Part shown: positions 1 through 13,354 of the stretch, piece by piece | How the letters are laid out: each line of letters starts with the position of its first letter | Numbering within the stretch: the stretch's first letter is position 1 | Assembly (NCBI RefSeq): GCF_963921235.1 | Contig: NC_086097.1 | Span: 111,850,001 to 111,914,000 of the forward strand | Length of the DNA stretch: 64,000 bases | DNA from: Mobula hypostoma | Taxonomy: Eukaryota | Reading direction: 5' to 3' | Program-made: the position numbers and the translations under genes | The notes under the pieces: generated by a model | Told to the model about the DNA's origin: nothing | Database searches by the model: none | The model's input: the letters and a program-made list of their open reading frames with translations, nothing else

Positions 1-459
1 GCTTTGCAGGAATTTGCCACTTAGTTTTGAACTCGACGTAGGACTGTCTTAGGGACTCCAGCTTCAGATTTTTCCCTCAGGGCTTACTCCTGAAGCCCTC
101 CCCATGAGTGGGTATCACTGCAAGGCAGTGGAGGTTTGAGATCAGAGTTTTCCTTCTAGCTGAGCTGCCAACCATGGCTGACGAGCCTCATTTATCCAAA
201 GGAACTGGTTTTAAGGTGCCAGTAACCCGCCTTTGCCCCTTCTATCAGTAGAAACGGTTCCGCCGGGAATAGTAGTTAAGCCACATGTGAAAGCCATGAG
301 GTAGACTTGGTTGTCAGAGGCTATTTGTGGTGCATGCCATGGGAGCATTTAATAGGTAGTGGGAGCTTAACCCCTGGCTATAACAACCTTAAGATCTATG
401 CTAGACCTGCCATATTGATACAATCAGGATGAAGGTATGCCAGCAGTTATTCTTCATTA

Positions 460-862
460 GGAATTTGAGGAGATTTGGTATGTCACAAAGACTAGAAAAT
501 TTCCTCAGATGTATTGTGGAGAGCATTCTAACTAGTTGCATTACTGTCTAGTATGGAGCCGCCAGAGCACAGGATTATAAGAGGCTTCAGATGGTTGTAG
601 ACCGAGCGGCATCTTTCATTAAAGACTCACCATCCAGGACATGCCTTCTTCTCATACCATCATGGTAAACATCCTGAAGGCCCTCATTTGATGTTATAGG
701 AAGAGCTTCTGAAGAACCCATGAACATTACCTCACAATTCCTCTTTTGCAATATTTATTTATTCTTATTGTAACTTGTAGTAATTTGTCATTCCTGCACT
801 GTACTGCAGTCATAAAACAACAAATTTTATGATTTATGTCAGTGACAATAAATATGATTCTG
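460..862 (+). mobile_element. Rex1/Babar-like LINE 3' fragment
   Basis: Similar to the other Rex1-like 3' ends (11155-11792, 39791-40360): gtggagagcattcta...caaattttatgatttatgtcagtgacaataaa. Confidence 0.6.
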
Positions 863-940
863 AGAACTGATCTGTAACTGCTGCTCTTTTGTGCCACTTT
901 GAGAAGAACTCAGTTGTTTTTTTTTTATTATGTTTGTAAG

Positions 941-1073
941 GTCTTTTGAAACCCATTTATCAAGAGTTGAAGCAGAACTACTACGAAGGGAGGCTCCACC
1001 ATCCTATGGTCAGTTGATTGCACAAGGCTTGATTCCTCCAGTGGAAGATTTCCCAGTGTGTTCATCAAGTCAG
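941..1073 (+). CDS. LRP12: LRP12 penultimate coding exon (cytoplasmic tail)
   Basis: Acceptor tttgtaag| and donor |gtaat. Translates to SFETHLSRVEAELLRREAPPSYGQLIAQGLIPPVEDFPVCSSSQ, recognised as LRP12 rather than the LRP3 paralogue. Too short for the ORF track. Confidence 0.95.
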
Positions 1074-2489
1074 GTAATATCTTAACTGATTCTTATTTGT
1101 ATTTACACACTGCAGCTGTAAGCTGTGCTGTTTCAGTTATGATAATGTATATGAATAAAATTAAAGGCTATAAAAGCCTACCTTTGATTCTAATAATATG
1201 AATCATGATCTTATTTGTAATCCTAGGAAGCATCACTGGAACCAAGTTTTTTTTTCACTAGATCTTTGCTTTGCCTAATGACTATGTATTTAGTCACTGT
1301 TCTTATTGCTAGTTACCTATACTAGTTATCACAACCCCATCAGGGGTTGGTTCCATCCTGATTATAGGTTTAGGATAAAACTGATGATGAGATAGAGGAG
1401 GATTTCGGATATAAGAGAGTTATCAATGAGTGGCTTTATTTGCATGTGAATTGGAGTTGGGGTGTTATAGCATGGTCATGTTAATAATTCAATAACTGGG
1501 TAGTGCTTGTTTCTACTAGCTTGCTTAGTTTCCCACCTGGGTGTTACGGATGCCGACAGCATGATAAAATTGGACATAAGGCTGAGGGGGGGAAAAGTCA
1601 TTGGCAAACCAAGATCATTCTGAATTGGCTTAACCCCTACTTCAAACATGGATTTGGTCAGGGGAAGATTTATTACATTCCCAAGAATGGGATCATTGAG
1701 TCATAAACAGTCTGCTGGAAGAACTTAGTGGGAGAAAAGGAATTGTTGACGTTTCGGGTTGAAACCCTGCATCTGTACTCCAAGGGATCTGTAATATTGG
1801 CTTCAGCTATTGGTTTAACTTCTCCCACCTGATGTCAGGATTAATTTGAAAGATTTTGAGCTAGTGCCAGGAGGTAGCTTGGAATCATAGAATTGTTATA
1901 GTACAGGAGGCAACCATTTAGGTTTGTATTGCCTTTTAATACCATTTCTCTTCTGCAAATTAATTTTCCTTCTCAATGGGCAAGTTACAGGTTTAAATCA
2001 TCCAGATATCTTGTGAATAAAGAAAATTAGTTTGACAGTCCAGTGCATCAGAGGAAGTTAATCCAGCATTAATCAGATATTATCCATTCAATAACCGAAT
2101 GCTCTCATGTAAAATCTCAAATTAACTGTTGTGCTTTCAACATTATAAGTGACTATACCGACATGTGGTAATGTGAAAATAAAGTGATTAGCACTATATA
2201 TTAGCAAATATCTGGTTTGTGATGTTACATACCCAATATCTGAACCTATCACTGTGCTGCATACAGATGCTTTGATATTGGGTAAAGGTTGGGCCATGGA
2301 GGGAGACATCGATGAAACATCGATTATGAAAGGAGCTTAGATAAGGAGGTTGTAGATTGCAGACACTATTATAAAATGAAAACCTGTCAATATTGTTAAT
2401 AAATCTAGCCCATTTCCTGTCACTTTGACCACCAGATAACTAGACCAAATACAGCCATCAAATCATACTAAGCTGGATAATGGAATGGC

Positions 2490-4530
2490 AATTAAAAACC
2501 AAACAAATCTAGGAGAAATAGAAGGATTAGATGGGATAGAGTCTGTGAAATGTGTTGAGGAAAGCTTCCTATTTCAATGTGGAGGTCCCAACTAGAGAGA
2601 GCATGATATTGGATTTCTGTTACTCCTCTAAGGGCACGAGTAAGGCAAGTGACAGAGAACTGTGTAGGGGAACACTTTGGATCTAGTGGTCATAATTCAA
2701 TTAGTGAAGTATAGGACTGATCCTTGGGTTGAGATTCTAAGTTGGAATCAGGCCAGTTTTGATGACGTCAGAAAGGATTTGGCAGGCATGATTCAGCAAA
2801 AAGATGCTTGATAACTGGGAGGCTTTCAAAAATGAATAACTAAGAGCACAGAATTGGTAAGTTATTGTTAGAGTAAAAAGGCAAGGCTAACAAGTTTAGG
2901 GACCCTTGGTTATTCAGCGACATTGAGGCCCTGGTAAAGAAAAAGAGGAAGACACATTTGCAGTTAGGATCAATTGAGGAACTTGAGTATAAGAAATGCA
3001 AGGGAACACTTGAGACAAACCAGGAGAGTTAACAGAGGACACTTTTAACTCTTGCAGACAAGGTGAAAGAGAATCTCAGTAGTTTCAATATCTATATTAA
3101 CAGCAGGAGGAGAGCAGGGAGCAAAATTGGTCATCTTGAAGATCAGTGTGGTTATCTATGCATGGAGTTGAAGAAGACGGGGAGATTTTTTTTTTACTTA
3201 GGAAACTGATGCATAGACTATAGAACTAAAGCAAAACAGATCATAGACCATATCTGGATTACAGAAGAGGAGGTGCTGGCTGTTTTTAGGTGAATTAGGG
3301 TGGGTAAATCCCCAGGACCTTGCAAGGTGATCTGTCAGATCATGTGGGAGGCTAGTGCAGGAATTGCGAGGACTCCTGCAGAGATATTTAAACCGTCTCT
3401 AGCCATGGGTGAGGTGCCAAAGACGTGATAACTAATATTGTTCCATTGTTTAAGAATGGCTCTAAGAATGAGTTGGGAAATTATCGGCTGGTGAACCTGA
3501 TGTCAGTTGTAGGTAAATTATTAGAAGGTATTTTAACGCACAGCATGTATAAGTATTAGGGTAGAGTGAGCCTTTTTAGGGATAGTCAGCAACACACAAA
3601 AATTGCTGGAAGAACTCAGCAGGTCAGGCAGCATCTATGGAAAAGAGTATATTTGATGTTTCGGGTCAAAATCCTTTGGCAGGACCCTTTTGTGTAGTGG
3701 ACAATGAGAAAGGTGATCAAAGCTTGCAGCCTGATGTTGACCAGCTAGGAAAATGGGCTTAAAAGTGTCATATTGAATTTAATGCAGATAGGTCTGGGGT
3801 GTTGCACATTGGGATGACAAACCAGGGTAAGATGGTGAATGGTAGGGGTCTGAGGTATGCAGTAGAACAAAGGAACCTGGAAATAGAGATACAGGTAGAT
3901 ATGGTCATATAGAGACCTCTTTAGCACATTGACCTTAATAAATCAGAGCATTGAGACAGGAGTTGGGATGTTGTGTTGAAGTTGTACAAGTTGTTGGTGA
4001 GGCCTGGTTTGCAGTATTGTGTGCAGTTCTGCTTACCAACCTACAGGAAAAATATAAGCAAGCTTGAAAGAGTGCAGAGAAAATTTATAAGGATGGGACT
4101 TGATTTGAGTTGCAGGGAAAGGTTGACTAGGTTAGGACTTCATTCCGTAGAAAATAGGAGAATGAGGGGAGATTTGATAGGGGTGTACAAAATTAAGGGG
4201 TATAGATAGGGTGAATGCATGCAGGCTTTTTCCCCTCAGGATGAGTAAGATTTGAACTAGAGGTCAGGTGTTTAGGGTGAAAGGTGAAATATTGAAGGAA
4301 AATTTGAGGGGAATCTTCACTCAGGAGAATGTGAATGCGGAATGAGCTGCCAGTGGAAGCGGTAGATGCAGATTCAATTGTAACATTTATGAGAAGTTTG
4401 GATAGGTTGATATAGATGGGAGGGATTTGGAAGGATATTATCCAGTTACATGGGGCTAGACAGAAGATGAGATCAGTATGGACTAGATGAGCTGAAGGGA
4501 CTGTTTCTGTGCTGTAGTACTCTGTTTCTT
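2490..4530 (+). mobile_element. Degenerate CR1 LINE in the LRP12 intron
   Basis: LYKLLVRPGLQYCVQF...RRMRGDLI at 3973-4209, upstream EN/RT remnants, and CR1-type 3' end (ctgtttctgtgctgtag). Confidence 0.8.
3589..3685 (-). mobile_element. Short Penelope-like-derived repeat, degenerate hammerhead motif
   Basis: Reverse complement resembles the 10636/12402 repeats; lies inside CR1. Confidence 0.6.
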
Positions 4531-6451
4531 TAAGTAATGGGGACAGAATGAAATCTGGGTGTGTTCTGGAGGTGAGAAAAGGTTGGGGAAGGAGCAAATG
4601 TCTGCTTTCTAAGGATACAGAAGTGCTGTACGGAAGCAAATGTTTAGTGCTGATTGAGGAATATTATAAGGGACCAGCATGTTGGCAATTGGGTCCTAGG
4701 GAAAAAATGATTTTTTTTTATTGAAATGGGTGCTGCTTGACAAAATATTGCATAATGAAGGTAAGCTATTGTGTAGATTGACTAAAAGGCATGTTAGTGA
4801 TGGGTGGGATAATGGTTGATCTTTAAAAAAATTAACTTTTAGTTTTTAAATTCACAATTATTTCTTGGGGTGGAAGCCATCATGCTGTTTCTTTTTTAAT
4901 GATGGCTATGAATAGAAGTGATACTAGCATTACTTGGCCCATTCTAACCTTGCCTTGCCTTCTTCGGGTCTACTGTCACCATTCCTTGGAAATCCTGGTA
5001 TTAGTGCTCGTAAAGAAAATGAAATTAGGTGATTTTCTTTACCCCTGTCCCCTTCACCATTTAATTGCATCAGAATAGTTAAGATTTCAGATGCCAGAAT
5101 GCTATGGTGGACTAAGGAGGGATGGGAATGTGATAATATGGCTTAGCATACCATTTCCCAAAATTTCATGTGGCAAACTCTGGTTTGGTAGAACATAGCA
5201 TGCTGTATAACCAAGGTAAAAGGGGAAGAAAGTTAATATTTAAAAAGACTGAGCTATACAAGCACAAAACAAATCTGTATAGATTTTTTTTGTTAAAATG
5301 CTTGCTATTCTGATTCAGCAACAAGTTTACATAAAATAATTTGTTAAACCTATTTTAATTCTTTCTTTTAAAAAAAAACACAATCTTTAGCTGTTTTCAC
5401 CCCTGCAAGTAGGTAATATAGACTATGTAGAGTATTGGGATCAGTTTTGAAACTATCCAAATTAAGTTCAGTATTTACAGTGGAGAGTTTATATTGTTGC
5501 TTCTTCAAAGCCACACATCTCTTATTTGCTATTTTCTTCCAGTTTCCCTATTAATTTTTTGGTGTACTTGTATTGCTTTTCTATTTTAATTTTATTCACG
5601 ATGTCACAAGTGAAAAGTAATTTAAATAAGATGCAGAGCTAACAGTCTTGATCAAATGAATGCCACACAACAGTGTAAACAATGTAGTTTTGTTCTGTGT
5701 AAAGGAAACAAAGCTGTTTTATGAAGGATTGTTTAGTTCAACAATTAAAGGAATTTAAAAATTGAAAACTGGAAAAACAGTTTGAAGTTGTATTTTGTTA
5801 TTTTTCAAGCATTTTCTTTTAAGTCTTGTATTTAAAAATATTAATGATTTGTGCAATTGTAATAACTCACCTCACCCATCATTTGCACTTTGACTGTAAC
5901 AATCAGCTTACCCTTAGAAAGCCATCACTAAAACTGGTAGTACTAAAGACAAATGAATTAAATTTTATAACATGGGCGCACATAACCTCGATATGGTTAA
6001 GGTCCACTTTGTTTTTCCACTGAACCTTAAAAGATCTGCATTAATTTAATTTTGAAGGCAGCTTTGAACTGTGTCAGATCAGTGGGTGGGTACATGAGTG
6101 GAAGGGAAGATTGATCAGTGCTTTTAATGTGTGTGAGAGGGAGATAGGAATTGCTGAAAGAAAATCAGAATGCAATTGGCGTGGCATATATAACATTGTA
6201 GGAGGAGACCATCATTGAGAATGTTTACATAATTTTGTTCTGTGCCCCCTTTTGCTTTTCATTCAGCAGACCAATATAAATTACTGTTTTTGTGTTTTTT
6301 TGCAACTAGCTACCCAATTTTTTTAGGCTGCCTTAATTGCTACTTTTCACTCTAATTCAAAATGTCTGGAAGATTCTGAGTGGTACAATGAACCAAAACA
6401 ATTAAAGTTTGAATATACTGCTAAACCTAATGTTGTTTATTTAAATTTTAG

Positions 6452-7318
6452 GCATCCATTTTGGAAAACCTCCGATTAGCAGTAAGGTCACAACTTGGAC
6501 TAACCTCCATTCGATCTTCTGCATCTAGTAGTCGATCTAACTTATGGAATCGCATCTTCAGTTTCACAAGATCCAGGAATTCGGGGTCTCTAGCGCTTGT
6601 GTCAACAGATAGAGATGATCCTACTGGTGAGCAAAATGTTACAAGGGAATCAGAAAGTCTACACCGTAGACTTATGACATTTGAATCTGATGATGCAGAT
6701 CGAGACAGTGAGCGGAGAGATATACCTGGCGCTGTTGGTGGGCTTGTCGTCCCTCTACCTCAAAAGGTTGCACCCACCACAGCAGTAGAAGTTGTTGTAG
6801 GAGCAAGTGGAATTTCATCTGGTTACCATATAAATACGGCTGCAGAAGTACCTACCTCACAATTGGAAACCTCAGAGCAGCCCAGCATTAGTCCAGCCAG
6901 ACAGCAGTTGACCAGTGCACTGAGCAGAGTGACTCAGAGTTTGCGATGGATGAGATTTTCCATTGGGAGATCTAGTACATCTCGTCAGAACCAGAGTCCC
7001 TTGCGACAGCTTGATACTAGAGTGAGTGGAAGAGAAGATGACGACGATGATGATGTTGAATTATTAATTCCAATTTCTGATCCAGCATCAGACATTGACA
7101 TGAGGGGCTGCTGCAGACCTGTTGGTGAACCAAGCCCTAGAAGTGTGCAAGGAATCAGACAGCACTCTGCTTTAATGCCTGATAGAGAACAGTCTAGCAG
7201 TAGAGATGGGCCTTGTGAGCACTGTGGGATTGTACATACGGCCCAAGTACCCGATGCGTGTCTGGAAGCAACACTGAAGAATGAAGCCAGTGATGATGAA
7301 TCCTTGCTTGTCTGCTAG
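6452..7318 (+). CDS. LRP12: LRP12 last coding exon
   Basis: Acceptor attttag| then ASILENLRLAVRSQLG, in phase with the upstream exon. Contains SPARQQLTSALSRVTQ and EDDDDDVELLIP and ends EASDDESLLVC* (acidic dileucine tail). Confidence 0.95.
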   Translation, partial: ASILENLRLAVRSQLGLTSIRSSASSSRSNLWNRIFSFTRSRNSGSLALVSTDRDDPTGEQNVTRESESLHRRLMTFESDDADRDSERRDIPGAVGGLVVPLPQKVAPTTAVEVVVGASGISSGYHINTAAEVPTSQLETSEQPSISPARQQLTSALSRVTQSLRWMRFSIGRSSTSRQNQSPLRQLDTRVSGREDDDDDDVELLIPISDPASDIDMRGCCRPVGEPSPRSVQGIRQHSALMPDREQSSSRDGPCEHCGIVHTAQVPDACLEATLKNEASDDESLLVC

Positions 7319-7730
7319 CTGTGCAATACAATGAGTACTAATTTTATTTATGCTCCTGACGGTACTGTGCATCTTGTGACTTTTAAGTTGTTTTGGTACT
7401 TGACACCAAATTTGTGTGACTGTCAGATACAATATTTATTACAGTTTATTTTGGTTTATGGGAGACAATGCATGTTTCATTCAATTTTTTGATTTTTTTC
7501 TTATACATTTAGGATATGTATTAAATTTATTTTAATGTGTAGAATGAAACTAAATTATAACTCATTTCTGTATTAACATTTTTCCTAGCTATTTCTAAAA
7601 ATATTGCCTATTTATTTATTGCTTTTTCACAAATTGCATGTTTTATGATTTCTAACAAATAAGCTGAAAATTGAATCTGGAACATGAAAAGTAATGTAAC
7701 AAATAAAAATTCACTTTTACAGAAATAATT
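7319..7730 (+). promoter_or_regulatory. Probable LRP12 3' UTR with candidate polyadenylation signal
   Basis: AT-rich, repeat-free stretch after the stop; AATAAA at 7702-7707. True transcript end unknown. Confidence 0.4.
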
Positions 7731-9047
7731 TTTTCTCTCTCATTCCCTTCATTTGGTTGCCTTGTATCAATATGATTATGCAGATGTTTTAGTTCAATGT
7801 CATTTTGCCTTCTCCAATATCCATCTTCAAATGACTGTTATGATATGTGATGGTGTCATATCACGTCCAACTGGCTAAGCAAAAATTTCATATCTGGCAC
7901 TGCAGTTTGAGATTCCAGTCATTCGATAACATTTACAAGTTACAAATAGAAGGCTGAAAAATATTACCAGCCTTGTGATAGTCAATGAGTTGAAAGGAGA
8001 AGTGAAGCTTTTGAAAAAATTTTGTTTCTATGATTAACAATGCATGTTTTACAGCAAACAAAATTAATCAGTAAATAGTACATTTAAAGAGGAGAATGCA
8101 GGAACCTCTATCTGGAAGAAGATGGCACCAGTGAACATTGCTACCTTGGGCAACATCTTCCAAATAGTCCATAAAACTGTTTCTTTCACGTCCTTTACAT
8201 CTTTTCCTTTCAAATGTGGTTCTGGTACTGTTGGAGCCTGTGATCTACAGTTAGACGGTGTGTTTTCGGGTCGATTGAGTGATCTGGTGCTTTGCTGTTT
8301 CTGAGAAGGTCTGGGAGGCGAGCAACCTTGAAGCTAATAAGCTTAGAGCCCATAATTGAACCCATGACTGACTCTATTTCTCGCCGACTCACTAATATTT
8401 GTCGAGGAATATTGAAAGCATCGAGGTGAGCATGGAAGGTGAGTGAGTGTTCAGCACCGAATACCAGCCTCTGGCTCACTGCTGCGGGAGTAAGATGTCT
8501 GCGTGTGACAGTCTCTCCTCTCTCCCTCGATACTGTTGGAGGATGGTACCAAAGTTCTGGGTCTGTAGTTTGTGGATTGGATTGTAGTTCCAAGTTGCTC
8601 CTTGCTTTTTTGCTATTTTGGTTGACTTGAATCAGGGCAGATAATGAACACTGAGCTGAACCGAATACGGACTCTTTTGAATTGTTTTATATTGTGTTTT
8701 TGTTTGTTCTTTCTTGTTGCCATTTGCACTATTTGTTTTTTTATGCATGGGGGGTGGGTTGATGTTTTTCTTTGAATGGGTTCCACAGATTTCTTTGCTT
8801 TGTGGCTGCCTGTGGGGAAGATGAATTTCAGGGTTGTATACTGCACACATTCTTAGATAATAAATGTACTTTGAATAAGAGAAGTTTCTCCAGGAAAGTG
8901 TACTGTGGTGGATGAATAATATGGATGAAGTTGTTCCCAATCAGATATACCAGTGTGAGCAAGAAGCTTGTTGGATACAGGAATTTCTCAGTCATCTTGG
9001 GATGGGGCTGCAATGTTGATATCAGACACTGACTTCAAATCCAGATA

Positions 9048-10003
9048 CAGTTGATTCCAGTTAATTGGGACACATCAGGACCAATACATTTTGGCTCAAT
9101 TAAGTGGCTTTCCTAATCGGACAAAGTTGCAGAGAAATAATTAAAAGGCTATTTTTTAAAAAAGACAAACTATCATTTAATTTCATTCTGTACTTAAATG
9201 AAATATAGAACAAATTAGAACACTTATCAATACTATGACAGTACTATAAATCTGTATTATTTCATCCAGTGTATGCTGGCATGTTCTTTGACAGTAAGTA
9301 AACAAAGTCAGCACAGACACCTAGTGCAGATAATGGACTGCCTTCATACAATACTATCAATGATTGCATCGTCCAAATCTTCATTTTCATTGTAACATTC
9401 AAGATGATTGTTGATACTTTTAAATTCTTCATAGTTCCTAACTTGAAGTAGTGAAGGTAGTGCAGCTTGTGTGAAGTAGTGAAAGTAATGAAGCCTGAAT
9501 ATTTCAAACAACAATGCACAAAGCAGTTCTGAATTGTCTTGCTGTTTATTTCTCTCCAACTATCAGGTTCAAAAATCGCTGCTTTTTGAGCACAGGCTCA
9601 TGCGACTGTCGCTATTTAAAAACTATTTGCTCTAAGCATGGTGTAGTGTCTAATGCCACACAAGTGCACGTGTTTGATTCTAGTTAGAAATTGTTTGGAA
9701 ACTGTCTTCTGCCTCAATTAGGCGGTCTAGTGTCCCAAATCAACAAACTTTTTGCACAGTAGGGGAATTAAAGGTTATGGGGAAAAGGCAGGTAGGTGGA
9801 GATGAGGCCATGGCCAGATCAGCCATGATCTTATTGAATGGCGGAGCAGGCTCGATGGGCCAGATGGCCTACTCCTGCTCCTATTTCTTGTGTTCTTAAA
9901 GGGAATTCCGGCTATTTTCTTGATTAGTTTTTGTTCTTTAAGAGTTGTCCCAAATAAGCAGCTGCCCCAGTTAACCAATGGCCCAGTTAACTGAAATCCA
10001 CTG
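9048..10003 (-). mobile_element. Tigger/pogo-like DNA transposon, internally deleted
   Basis: TA flanks; about 22-bp TIRs CAGTTGATTCCAGTTAATTGGG / CCCAGTTAACTGAAATCCACTG. Minus-strand remnant IQNCFVHCCLK...NYEEFKSINNHLECYNENED. Interrupted by a CR1 3' end at about 9758-9897. Confidence 0.7.
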
Positions 10004-10391
10004 TACTGATTTTCTTGATCAGTTTGAATGCAAGCCCAAAAATGCTATTAAAATGTTACTAATTAATTTATTGGCACCCTTGTTGATCTAATGCTATCAC
10101 TTTGGACTGTTTAAATATTTAAGTTGAACAAAAACATCTCTGACTGAGTTTTAAAAACCCATTTTATGGGTCTTGGCTTCACTATTGCTGCTGATTAATC
10201 AACCTGCTATTTGCAACTGGAAAACTAATTTTTCAAATAGTATATCTTACTTACTTCATCAATCCAGCTCAAGTTAGGAGTTTAGCAGGATTGAATAGGC
10301 TGTTACCGAGGACTTCAGCTCCATAAATAAAGAATTTTGATCCATTTATGTATACATAAAAAAAAAAATGCCTTCCTTGTGTTAGTGCTCA

Positions 10392-10600
10392 GACAGCATA
10401 GTGGTGTAGTGGTTAGCATAACACCTTACAGCACCAGCGCCCTGGGTTCAATCTCCACTGCTGTCTGTGAGGAGTTTGTATGTTTTCTCCGTGTTTCCTC
10501 CATGTGCTCCAATTTCCTCCTACGTATGGATTAGTAGGTTAATTGGTTGCAGCGTGGGCTCATTTGGCTGTAAGGACCTTTTAGTATGTTGCATGTCTAA
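10392..10600 (+). mobile_element. tRNA-derived SINE (V-SINE/HE1-like)
   Basis: A box (tggtgtagtgg), B box (gggttcaatc), then the ctgtctgtgaggagtttgtatg...tttcctcc core. Confidence 0.65.
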
Positions 10601-10635
10601 ATAATATATAAAACATAGGTGCTAAAGACATCAAT

Positions 10636-10732
10636 GGGTCCTGACGAAGGGTCTCGGCCTGAAAGGTCGACTGTACCTCTTCCTATAGATGCTGCCCGGC
10701 CTGCTGCGTTCACCAGCAACTTCGTGTGTTGC
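10636..10732 (+). mobile_element. Short Penelope-like-derived repeat with minimal hammerhead core
   Basis: gggtc-CTGACGA-agggtctcggcct-GAA-aggtc-gactg followed by the shared family body. Confidence 0.7.
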
Positions 10733-11154
10733 TTTAATGGAAAAGTAATATTTCTTTTGCAAGTTGTATTAAGTGGTCATAGCAATAGTTACTGTTTAAC
10801 TTGGACACTAAAACTACTGCCCAGGGGTCCAGGGAAAACACAAAGTTGTTTGAATGTGGGTTAAAATAGATTAGCGGACACATTTTTTTAATGCTTTACC
10901 AAGTACATAATAAACAGAGTGGACTAATGATCCTTAGCGGAGGTACCGGATTGGGTACAAATCTTAACCTGATTGATCCATCCAATCTTAGTCTTGTGTT
11001 TTGTTCTGATAGTGTGCTTACAACTAAGTAACTTATCAGGGCATTTCAGAGAGCAGTTAGAGGTTAGCTAAATGCTGAGATTCGGGAGCCACATATAGGC
11101 TGTACATGTCTTTATTATTTTCAATACTGTTAAGATGGTGCAATTGTGAGTTTC

Positions 11155-11792
11155 TGGGCAGTTTGCGAAGATTTGGCATGACACCTGATACTTAAACAAA
11201 CTTCTATAGATGTGTGGTGGAGAGTATATTGACTGGATGCGTCACAGCTCGGTATGGAAACACCAATGCTCTTGAACGGAGAATTCTACAAAAAGTACAG
11301 GATATGGCCCAGTACATCACAGATAAAGCCTTCTCCTCCTTTGAGCACATCTACATGAAACACTGTCACAGGAATGTAGCATCCATCATCGGAGACCCCC
11401 ACCACCCAGGTCATGCTCTCTTCTCGCTGCTGTCATCGGGAGAAGCTACAGGAGCCGCAGGACCCACACCACCAGGTTCATGAACAATTACTACACTTCA
11501 CCATCATACTCTAGAATCACTGAGGATAACTCAATCCAACTTCACTCAACCCATCAATGGACTCACTTTTAAGGAGTCTTCATCTCATGTTCCCTACTTA
11601 TTGCTTATTTATTATTATTATTTTTTTGTTTTGTATTGCACAGTTTGTTGTCTTTTACACATTGATTGTTTGTCCACCTTGCTGGGTGCAGTCTTCCATT
11701 GATTCTGTTATGGTTCTTGGAGTATACCTGCGAGAAAACTAATCTCAGGGTTGTATATGTACTCTGATAATAAATTTACTTTGAACTTTGAA
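11155..11792 (+). mobile_element. Rex1/Babar-like LINE 3' fragment
   Basis: VESILTGCVTARYGN...DPHHPGHALFSLLSSG (Rex1-type C-terminal domain); tail tttgaactttgaa. Confidence 0.8.
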
Positions 11793-12401
11793 TTTCTTCA
11801 GGTTTTTTTTTTAAGTAGAACGATATCCACTTTGCCCCCTCACTTTTCTGTGTACACTCCTATGAGAACTGATTAAACAATTATAGGTGTTGAGGTATTA
11901 AAAGTAGATGACCACCTAATATGATTTGGAAATAAATTCTTACTTTTGCATTGATGACTTTGTCTCTTCGTGAATCAACAGGTTACACAAAGAACAATCT
12001 GATCACAAGCTCAAGTTAAAGAAATCAATTTATAACTATACTTTAAAGAGCATTCCCATCATCCATAAGCACTGAGGATAATTACTAGCACTGTTTCAGT
12101 TAAAAGATGAACAGCTTCGAACTTTAGGGATTAAAAGAACACCCAGCTTAGCATAGAAATATAAACATTTGAGTGTTTTATATGAATCATGACTTGTGTC
12201 CTGCATAAGATGTATATTTTCACTGATGGTTTACCTCTCCACGAATCGATAAAGATGGTGATCTCACTTCATTTATATAATTGTCAAATTTTTATCTTGT
12301 AAATTTAGCATTTTAAGAATGAAACTTGCAGAGAAAAGTAATTCAAGGAGGTAGATCAGGTGGGTCTTTAATTTATCTAGTAAACAGTGAAAATCCATTT
12401 G

Positions 12402-12536
12402 ACGAAGGGTCTCGGCCCGAAACGTCAACTGTACCTCTTCCTAGAGATGCTGCCTGGCCTGCTGCGTTCACCAGCAACTTTGATGTGTGTTGCTTGAATT
12501 TCCAGCATCTGCAGAATTCCTCGTGTTTGCGTTTTT
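12402..12536 (+). mobile_element. Short Penelope-like-derived repeat with TSD
   Basis: tgacgaagggtctcggcccgaaacgtc core; flanked by AAATCCATTTG at 12391-12401 and 12537-12547. Confidence 0.75.
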
Positions 12537-12574
12537 AAATCCATTTGTAGTAGTTTTGGTATTAGAAATCGTGG

Positions 12575-12950
12575 GGTGGTACAGTGGCATAGCGATTAGC
12601 ACAGTGCTTTACAATACAGGTGACCCTGGCTCAATTCCTGCGGCTGCTTGTAAAGAGTTTGTACCTTCTCCCCGTGACCACGTGGGTTTCCACCGGGTGC
12701 TCCGATTTCCTCCCATAGTCCAAAGATGCACCAGTTTGTAGGGTCTCGGCCTGAAACGTCGACTGCACCTCTTCCTAGAGATGCTGCCTGGCCTGCTGCG
12801 TTCACCAGCAACTTTTATGTGTGTTGCCAGTTTGTAGGTTAATTGGTCATTGTAAATTGCCCTGTGATTAGGCTAGGGTTAAATCGGGGGATTGCTGGGT
12901 GGCACGACCGGAAGGGCCTATTCTGTACAGTATCTCAAATTAAATAACTA
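12575..12950 (+). mobile_element. tRNA-derived SINE with a nested hammerhead repeat (12743-12826)
   Basis: SINE A/B boxes and core; the nested repeat is flanked by CCAGTTTGTAGG at 12731-12742 and 12827-12838. Confidence 0.75.
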
Positions 12951-13354
12951 GAACAGAAGATGTACATAATCAGAGGATCTCAAGTCTCCTGTCTGTGTGT
13001 TTATCCTCACTTTATTTTCAATCAAAACAGATGCAATATTAAGCAAAATTAACATAATAATTTTGCAGCACTGATGTTTGTTTTGCTGCTCTGTCTCCTA
13101 ATCCAGTAAAAGGTTGTAGTAATGAAAAGTGATCATTCCAATGTTTATCTTAGCTGTTTCTGTCCATGTGCACTACTGTTAGGACTGCCTTTTTTTCCCC
13201 TCCTGTTTATGCTGAGTGTCCCTATTAATCTCTAACTCTAGAAGCTGTTCATCTTTTAGCTGAAACAGTGTGCTGGTAATCACTCTCATTGTTTATGGGT
13301 GATGGGAATGCTCTTTAAAGTATACTTCTCAATAGAATTATTTAACTTGCAATC

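Noticed and set aside
1..390. RTE-like 5' repeats (also about 42350-42850, 43165-45530, 46600-47340)
   Set aside because: They look repetitive, but I could not classify or bound them reliably.
8120..8876. ORFs downstream of LRP12 as extra exons
   Set aside because: No recognisable protein; the region ends in the same tail as the Rex1-like repeat at 11740-11792, so it is probably an unclassified repeat.
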